NCBI GenBank assembly: GCA_964016885.1
Contig: OZ024742.1
Coordinates: 182,900,001-182,964,000 of the forward strand
DNA length: 64,000 nucleotides
Direction of reading: 5' to 3'
Source: Eledone cirrhosa
Taxonomy: Eukaryota
Below, piece by piece: positions 55,247 through 64,000 of this stretch. Position 1 is the first letter of the stretch. Each line of letters begins with the position of its first letter. Made by a program: the position numbers and the translations under genes. The notes under the pieces are model-generated. The model made no database searches. It was given only the letters and a program-made list of their open reading frames with translations, and had not been told where the DNA came from.

Positions 55247-57894
55247 CCATGAGTGAAATAGGATAACTTTAGATAATCTAACATTATTATGGAAGTTAGT
55301 TTATAAAAAAATATACTAAATATGTGTACTTCATAATGTCTCTCAGCGGGCATTTTTTTTTTTAAATTAAAGGCATTTCATTTTTTTATTTTCACTGACA
55401 ATGAATATAAAAAGAGACATTTATTGTTTGTATTAAATTAATAATCCCCTGCAGGCAAAAATGAAGGTTTTATTTTATGAAACGCTTTTGACTTGCTATG
55501 GAATTGATGTGACAATTTTTAATTAGCAGCTTAATTGAGCTGCAAAAAAATGTAAAAGGAACTTTTAGTTACGTTTATGATATTTATTTGATTTGAGAAT
55601 ACTTTACATATTAGAATTCTGCGTTTTAATTAGGCAGTCAAAATTATCTGGCTATTGTAAACTTTTACCTAAATCTTGTTAACAGTCGTTCGTAACGAGG
55701 GAGTGAAATATTAAAGATGTCAGACAGTATAACAAAGATTGAAAATGTCAGTTTAACACTTTTGATACTAGTCTGCCTGAAACAGCACCAAATTTAATTT
55801 AAAACATATTTAAAGGGTTTGTAGCTGAGATATTTTTATGCATGGATCCGTAAATAGGAGTCCCGTCATTACATGCATGTCTTAGATATTTTAAACCTAG
55901 CGGAGCCCATGCCTCTCCAGGTCTCAACAGATGATTATCCCAAGAGAAGTGTGGATGAAGAAAGAAAGAGATACAGAGGAAGAATTGACCCAGTACGGAA
56001 ATAACATCGACTGCAAAAAGATGAAAGACAAAGTGAACCCTAGCGAGATTCGAACTCCAAGCATAGAGAGCCGCTTGAACGAATATTGCACGATGAGCCG
56101 CTTGAACGATGTTCTAACGATGTTGCTAATTCACCACCTTCAGCAAATAAAGGCATTCTACCAAACATTTGTCAGTATTAGCACAACTCTCGTTGGCTAG
56201 AGGGAATTCTTTACCGGTGTAGTTTTTGTGAATGTTTGAAAAAGTAAATAACTATATGGCGCGTACTCTCAATGACATGTTCAAGACGAAACCAATAAAA
56301 TAAATCTTCATTTTGCCTTGAATTTTAAGTTTGTAAAGACATCTTTTCAAGTTTCGAACCCCATCTCTAGGAAATTATTTGAAGACATTGAAAGGTTAGA
56401 TTTTGTACTTCAAAAAATCTAAAGACATTTCAGACAAAGAAAATATCCATTCTTTTATTGGTTTAAGTCATTAGATTGGGGTCATGCTGGAGCACCGCCT
56501 TCATTTAAGTCGATCATCTGGAACCCACTACTGTGTTGAAGCTGTTAACTTTAAATTAACATAATATCTCATATGTATATGTATACGACAGGCTTCTGCA
56601 GTTTCCGTTTAACAAAGTTCACTCAAAAGGCATTAGTCAAACCGAGACTATAGTAGAAGATACTTGCCCAAAGAGCTCTACAACGGAACTAAATTCAGAA
56701 CTGCGTGATTATGAAGCGAACACCTCAGCTCTACCACAGACAAACCTATATATGAGTTAAAATGCAACTTAAATATAGAAAAATAAAGAATGATCAAATA
56801 ACAATGGTGTGAAATGTTTCCTTGAAGTTATAAAGGATGTATTGATGAAAGGATGTATCGATGTATTGATGATAAAATTGTATATACAAAGGAGAGTTAT
56901 CGAAGAATTGATAATAGATGTGGATCTATTAAAATGAAATGTATAAAATACTTTAATCCGAATATTCTATATCAAATTTAACGGAAATCCACGGGAATCT
57001 TTCAATCAAGCAAGCATAATACTAGAACCCCTATCATTAAAACATCCATGAAACCTCCTATGTGAGAAATTGGGTAAAGCTGTATAGGTGTGAGCAATAA
57101 TAACAATAACATGATAGGACTAAAGACTCTATCATTAAAACCTGAGAAACCTCCTATGAGATACAACCTCGTAAAAGACCAGCTAAACCTTCATATTTGT
57201 GAGCTTTATATTTAATAACATTTCATTTCAATCAAGACAGAAACCTTTGATGTTATGACTGTTATAAACCACTATTAATACTGATTGTTTCGTATAACAT
57301 GTTGGTTCCAATCGACATTTGCAGCAAGGTGATTAAATTCAGAGATCAAATATTTGGAATTGAAGTATTTAACTTTGAAATTCTCCTTTAGAAGTCGATT
57401 AAGTTATGAAACATGTGAAAAATCATCTGGAATAATGTCAAAGAGAAGGCGTCAGATTTTGAGATGGAAATAAAACTCAGCCATAAACACGGAGGAGTGA
57501 CTATAAAAAGGAAAAGGGTGCACATTGACACAAGACCTGACACCTACCAACTTGGTAGAAACTGCTGATATAGTTAATAAAACAGAAGAGGCCTATTTCA
57601 GAACATCTATGATCTGTATTGATTACTATTGGAAGATATATATAAGTGTTAATGGTGTTAAGCGGTTAACTGAACATTTTTTTAGTTGGTTTAATAGTTT
57701 TCAAAATATTAATAGCAATAATGTTGCTGTTATTTGTGTCAAAATAGTTGATAATTTATTAAATAGACCTCATAGATAGAACAAATATGACACCTTTGTG
57801 TAACCACTGATCCAAACATATCCAAGCATTAAATTCTAAAACTCCAAAACCCCAGGTCCCTATTCTCAACGCATTTACAGATGCCCCATTTTTT

Positions 57895-58195
57895 TCGTTT
57901 ACAGTTGTCTCATCTTTTCATTCACAGTTATCTTATTTATTTATTCAACGTTGTCCAATTGATTTATTTATTGTTGTCCTATTTATTCATTTACCGTTAG
58001 CTTCTACATTTACTGCTGCTCTAAATATTCATTTATTATTGTAGTGTTTATTTTTATACCGTTGTCCTATTCATTTAGCGCTGTGCTAAATTTATAAATT
58101 TACCGTTGTCAATTTACCGTTGTCCTATTTATTCATTTACTGTTGTCCTAAATATTCATTTATCGTTGTTTTATATATTCATTCACTGTTGTACG
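57895..58195. repeat. Degenerate ~21-bp minisatellite
   Basis: Recurring ttattcatttaccgttgtcct. Confidence 0.65.
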
Positions 58196-60512
58196 TATTA
58201 CATAAAAAATTATGGTTATTTCTAGTCAAGTTCTTTTAATTCAATATATAATTCAGATTTCTTAGATGAATTATCCTTAGAGCTATAAATGTTATACATC
58301 TCTAATACATTCCCCCGGGGCTTTGACTATTTAATTTCCAATTTCTTTCCAACAGTTTAGAAGAAAACATCTAAATTATGGAGTAAAGATTATGATTAAT
58401 TATTTTTATATAACTCATAATATTTCATTTTTTTTTTTTCTTATTTTGATATCCTTCAGCCACTATACATTCCGGCAGTAATCAATCAAACCATTGAAAC
58501 GCACTGGGCACAGGAGAATTTTAGAATCATTCTTGTGTGAGATTTGATCTTAGCATATTAAACTACATTGAAAGAATATACGGCCACACAAGCGTAGTTG
58601 AAGCATAGAAATATTGATTTCTGTGATTGAAACATATCCAGACATTTTAGGGAGTGGATTTATATATTTTTGTATCGATTAAATTAACTAAATATTACTG
58701 TGATTCATTTTATCGATCTCGGAGAATGGAAGGAAGGAATGGGCAGTGATTTGTTTTGACGATGAGTGTTCCAGTTGTTCGATCAACGGAACAGCTTGAT
58801 GGTAAAATTATCGTGTAAGTGGCTGTGCTTTCCACAGATACGACCCCAAAAAATAAATTTGATCTTGTTGGGATGTAAACATAAAAGCTCCATGAACATG
58901 GTTAGATACTGTCAGTACGACAATCATGGAAATATTTAAGTTAGTACACGACCAACACTATACTACTAAACAGCACTATATTATACCACTCTTCCTCTAG
59001 AACCCTCTACCTTATCACTCGTTCACATGGCAATAGCTGCAAATCTTCAGATCCCATACACCGTCTAAAAAAAACAATAATACATTGAGTAGGTCAGAAA
59101 CAAAAATAAATGTACTGTGGTCACAGCTGGAATATTTCTGCCCATAGGTATTCTCATCTAATGCTGACCTGGAGCTAACAATATCGTGTGGCACTTCTCT
59201 TTATCTACACTATGCGTCACAATATTGAATTATACTAATGAAAATATTACATCATCTCAAGCTTCCATAAAATAGCAAGCTCATTTTTAGTTAGATGCTG
59301 GTTGTAGTTTTCTTATCTCCCTCAACATTAAGAATGGAAAACAGGAGTGATTCAGACATGTTTCCAAGATTGAGTAGGAATGGTCCAATGATAAAATATG
59401 GACTGAAAAACCTTTAGACAAAATCCTAACACACTAAGCACTCAATTATTGAAATTTACTGATATAAATTATACTTGAAGATACATTTATGATTCTTTGA
59501 TTTATTTACACCACCGAAATATACCCTAATATATCGTGGCTTAGGGGTTAGGATGCTTGGTTCACGATGCTCCAGTCACGCTGAATCATTCTGAGAACTA
59601 CGTTGAGAGTACGCGAGACTGTAGATTGCTCAGCTACTTGAACGTTAATTTCGCGAGTAGGCTGTTCTATCGCTCAAACAACTGAAACACTCGTCGTCGT
59701 GACTGCCGGAGGGCCAATATATCATTTCCGGTAGTATTCTTCAACAATATTCACTGCCTAAAATACTAGAAGCCTTCTCTTCCTCGAGACCATTAATGTA
59801 TTACACTTTTAAACTGTTTATACTCAACTGGTAGCCCAGGGCCGTCAATAATGACAGAAATAACGTTGTGCGTTTTCAATTTTTTGCATCCAAGATTGGT
59901 ATGACATATACACAAAGATTACTGGATACATGCACAATCATACAAATTGAGAAATGTGCGCTCTGATGAATAATGGCTTACATAAAAGAAACCTTATAGT
60001 TTATATTGATTACAGACACGTGGATGTGATTGAAAATAAAAATGATATTTTAATAACATTTTCTAGGATATAATTCCACAAACGTTCTGAATGTATGTAC
60101 AAATGATATGCAGGATTAAATGTATGAACTTTGAAGAGATAACCATTTACAGGGGCACAAGTTGTGTTAGAATCTAGGACCTTGTGATTGGAAAGCGAAC
60201 GTTTTCTTGTAGCAACAAGACTGATATACGAAAAGCATTATGTGTATATTTATGTGTGAACATTTTGGAGTTATATATATATATATATATATATATTTCG
60301 TTTCTGAATTTGTTTAGCAAGATTCTTTATCTGAAATCGTGTGTTGAAACCGATATTGTTATACTTTGGGAGGGTCATGTTGCCAATAAGAAACACACGC
60401 ACCAGTTGCTTTCACTTCAATTTATTATTATAATAAATTTATAATAAATTTATAAATTTATAAATTTCTGGTTGGTTGGTTGGTTCCACAACCAGATAGT
60501 TGTTTATATATT

Positions 60513-60555
60513 GTCATAGTTCTTTCGTCACACACTATGTGACCTCTTCAGTGAC
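60513..60555 (-). ncRNA. Minimal hammerhead ribozyme, inverted-arm copy
   Basis: Reverse complement of the 62472-62514 motif with intact CUGAAGA and GAAA and one loop II change. Confidence 0.78.
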
Positions 60556-60853
60556 TGGGGATTCCTTTCTTTGTTTCTGTGCCTCTCCTTTGTTCTGTCC
60601 TACGCCATTTTGTTTCTGTGTGTGTGTTGTGTGCTCAGTCTGCGCATGCGCCACATCCGGGTGTCTGTGTGTGTTTATGTTCATTTATTTATTTGTTTAT
60701 TTACATGTTACTGGTTGGTTGTTTGTTCTATGTGTGTGTGTGTTTTCATTTTGTCCTTAATTGTAAGTTGTGATGTTGCTGTTCCACTCATATTTTCTAT
60801 TTAATTTTGGTTGTAATTCTTTTATGTTTATTGCCACAGATAGATGGAACCCA

Positions 60854-62270
60854 CACAGATAGATGGAACGGGTGGACCAGAGCCATACGGACACCCGAAA
60901 ACCACGATTAACTGAAGAAAATGATTGCACATGCGGTAGGGGCCAGCATAAAACTAACCCTTAAGGAACATATGTTCAAATTTAATGGAAAAACATATGC
61001 CCAAGAGGAAGGAGCAGCCATTGGTGTTAGCATTGCAGGCGACATAGCTAACTTATTCATGGTATGGTGGGACAATAGAATTAAACTTAAGCTTAAAGAA
61101 CAATTAGAAGACCCCTTAACCCTGATAATGTACTCCCACTACGTTGATGATATAAACATCGTAGTTAAGACACCCCCACTAGAGAACAGTCAGGAACTAG
61201 AGAAAAACACAATGGAAAGCATCCAGCAAATAGCTAACTCCATCCACCAGAGCATTAGAGTTACTATAGACTACCCAAGTAAACACCCCAACCATCAATT
61301 ACCTGTACTAGACACAGAGCTCTGGTTAGATACCATTAATAACAAAAAACAAATCCTCCATTCCCATTATGCCAAACCCATGACTTCCAAACATCTGATC
61401 CACCGAAACTCGGCCGTTTCGGACCATACCAAAATCAACATACTGATTGCGGATTTGGTACGGGTGATGAGAAACGTGTCCCGCATGTGCAACCCCGAAG
61501 AACTAGAGAGACACATACAACACTTCATCCACCGTATGCAGTTCTCTGGCTACAATCAGAGAGATAGAATCAGAGTGTATAGAGGAGCCAGAACCAAATG
61601 GGAAAAAATGGTAAATAATGACATAAATGGGACCTGCCCCTTGTATAGGAGCAAATTTTGGAATAGAATAGAAAGAACTAGGAACAAGGCTAATAGAATA
61701 AACTCATGGTATGATAGCAATAAATACCAGAGTGTAATGTTCATCGATACAACCCCTAGAGGTGAATTAGCTTACAAATTTAGAAGGGCCCTAAATAAAC
61801 ATAAACTCAATATTAAGATAGTAGAAAGACCAGGTACCTCCGTAAAAACACTTATTAGCAAGACATACCCTTTTCAAAGACCCTCATGTATAGATAAGAA
61901 ATGTATAACCTGTAAAATAAGCCCCCATATTAACTGTAAAACTAGAAATGTAGTGTATAGCATAAGATGTACTGAAGGATAATGTAGAGACAAAAATATA
62001 GTGTACATAGGTGAGACAGCTCGTAGTGTAGGTGAACGGATAAATGAACACTGGCGAGACCTTCAAGATAGTAAAGAATCATCTGTACTCTACCAACATG
62101 CTAAAATAGAACACAAGGGTAAATTAGAGAACATAGAAATAAAAATAGAATCTACACACAGAAAAGACGCAATGTTTAGACAAATTACAGAGGCAATAAA
62201 CATAAAAGAATTACAACCAAAATTAAATAGAAAATATGAGTGGAACAGCAACATCACAACTTACAATTAA
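60854..62270 (+). pseudogene. Penelope-like RT + GIY-YIG endonuclease ORF remnant
   Basis: RT motifs FKFNGKTYAQEEGAAIG and YVDDI, thumb region, Cys linker (CIDKKCITC...CKTRNVVYSIRC), then YIGET...RINEH...LYQH...EAINI...LNR. One frame with in-frame TAA at 60909-60911 and 61980-61982; N-terminus absent. Confidence 0.92.
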
Positions 62271-62471
62271 GGACAAAATGAAAACACACACACACATAGA
62301 ACAAACAACCAACCAGTAACATATAAATAAACAAATAAATAAATGAACATAAACACACACAGACACCCGGATGTGGCGCATGCGCAGACTGAGCACACAA
62401 CACACACACAGAAACAAAATGGCGTAGGACAGAACAAAGGAGAGGCACAGAAACAAAGAAAGGAATCCCCA

Positions 62472-62514
62472 GTCACTGAAGAGGTCACAGAGTGTGTGAC
62501 GAAAGAACTATGAC
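62472..62514 (+). ncRNA. Minimal type I hammerhead ribozyme in the Penelope 3' pseudo-LTR
   Basis: gtca-CTGAAGA-g-gtcaca(gagtg)tgtgac-GAAA-g(aa)c-TA-tgac. Stems I and II pair; cleavage triplet CUA. Confidence 0.8.
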
Positions 62515-62666
62515 ACTATATAAACAACTATCTGGTTATGGAACCAACCAACCAACCAGAAATTTATAAATTTATAAATTTATTATAAATTTATTATAAT
62601 AATAAATTGAAGTGAAAGCAACTGGTGCGTGTGTTTCTTATTGGCAACATGACCCTCCCAAAGTAT

Positions 62667-62745
<79 letters not shown>

Positions 62746-62748
<3 letters not shown>

Positions 62749-62922
62749 CAATGAGAGAAGGCACATAATAAATTATGCCAGATAATAGGGAATAATTTAA
62801 TCCCCTATTTTCTGACATAATTTATTATGTGCCTTCTCTCATTACTATGATTTAAAATGAGCTCGGTCTCTCTTCTTTGAGCTCCCTTGATCATAGGGGA
62901 TTAATTGTGTGTTTCTAACTCT
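62746..62922. mobile_element. Short inverted cassette plus tail in (TA)n
   Basis: aatgagagaaggcacataataaattatg...cataatttattatgtgccttctctcatt at about 62750-62843. Confidence 0.65.
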
Positions 62923-62983
62923 ATATTATATTTTGACGTATATATGAATATATATATATTATATATATATACACATTTTTGAG

Positions 62984-63027
<44 letters not shown>

Positions 63028-63032
<5 letters not shown>

Positions 63033-63745
63033 TTACAAGGTTTTTTATAGGAAATCGTGTGTCGAAACAAATATTGTAATATTTGGGGAGGGTCATACTG
63101 TTGTAATAATATTTGCAGAAATAATAACAGAACACACTCACTGTTTGGTTGGTTTTCGCTTCTGTATCTTTTATATCTCCATAGTTAATTCATTTGGCAA
63201 CCAATGTTTATCATTGATTGACCAACGGTTAAAATACAAATATAAATATATATATATATATATAGTCTATCAAAGTTCTTTTGTTGCACATCTGCAACAT
63301 CATCAGTGGTACTATTATTATGTTCCCTCCTATTGTATTGTAATGTCTACGCCATTTTTATTTATTTATTTATTTATTCTTATCTCCGTCTCTGCGCATG
63401 CGTTTGCGTGTGTGTATAATGTTTGGTGTGTGTGTTCACGTGTTTTGGTTTTTGTATTCGATTTTTGTGTGTTTATATGTGTTTGTTGTTATTGTACTTG
63501 TGTATATATTCATTGATTTATATATCCCTTAAGTCAGTATTGTTTGTTTGGGTATGGTTGTTGTTGTTGTTATTCTAATCATTCTTTCTGTTTAACTTTG
63601 GTCTTCTAAGCTCTATCTCAGGTGCTTCTCTGATTTGCCTACCTGTTGAGACATTTTTATGTTTAGATATCATTTTAATTTCTATGTTGTCTATATTACC
63701 GTCATGTCTTTGTCTGGCGTGCTCATATAGTACTGAACCGACAAA
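63028..63745 (-). mobile_element. Diverged sister Penelope-like 3' fragment (GIY-YIG C-terminus + pseudo-LTR with decayed hammerhead)
   Basis: Minus frame SVLYEHARQRHDGNIDNIEIKMISKHK...RQIREA...PKLNRK parallels 62080-62240. CTGATGA-t-gttgca..tgcaac-AAAA-gaac at 63269-63310. Confidence 0.8.
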
Positions 63746-64000
63746 AAAACGGCTCAGTACTATACGAACACACATAAATGAAAATGTACCTTTAATGCTT
63801 GAGTTATTTTTAAATGAGAAGGATGGGTTTGGTCGATACGAGATGACGAATATTAGGTTACAGGTTTGTGTATTTTAACTGAAAATCACCATTTCTATGT
63901 TCCTAATGCTTCCTTGCTGGAATATAAAGCACATGGCTAAACCTAGATTCCGCCATATACAACATATCACTAGTGACCCTCATAACCAAATTAAGTATTC

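Larger units (their letters stand above)
60296..62674 (+). mobile_element. 5'-truncated Penelope-like retroelement with inverted 3' pseudo-LTR arm, inserted in (TA)n
   Basis: About 60353-60835 is the reverse complement of about 62192-62674, plus a ~57 nt tail at 60296-60352. The + arm encodes RT and GIY-YIG. (TA)n tracts flank both sides. Confidence 0.92.

Noticed and set aside
61980-61982. In-frame TAA between RT and GIY-YIG as programmed readthrough
   Set aside because: It splits a Cys pair within the nuclease region, and another stop occurs at 60909; ordinary decay is more parsimonious.

Overview
AT-rich, microsatellite-laden animal genomic DNA, probably cephalopod/Octopus (inferred from the repeat landscape, not verified), with a 200-N gap at 13913-14112. 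It carries the 3' eight coding exons of a + strand Polycomb group RING finger gene of the BMI1/PCGF2/4/Psc type (post-RING helix, RAWUL domain, long low-complexity tail, stop at 42320). I reconstructed these exons by hand from GT-AG sites and consistent reading phase. The RING exons were not found and probably lie upstream or in the gap. A 5'-truncated, stop-interrupted Penelope-like retroelement (RT + GIY-YIG) with an inverted 3' copy lies at 60.3-62.7 kb. The most striking pattern is about a dozen head-to-head inverted cassettes of several unrelated sequence families, nearly all embedded in (TA)n tracts. Many fold by eye into minimal type I hammerhead ribozymes, with recurrent non-canonical cores (CCGAAGA, CCGUCGA, CUGAAGC) and some with 45-65 nt stem II insertions. 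Also present are non-autonomous Helitrons, tRNA-derived SINEs, TTAA/mariner/hAT-type MITEs, an RTE-derived element and minisatellites. Most ORFs in the six-frame track are microsatellite artefacts.
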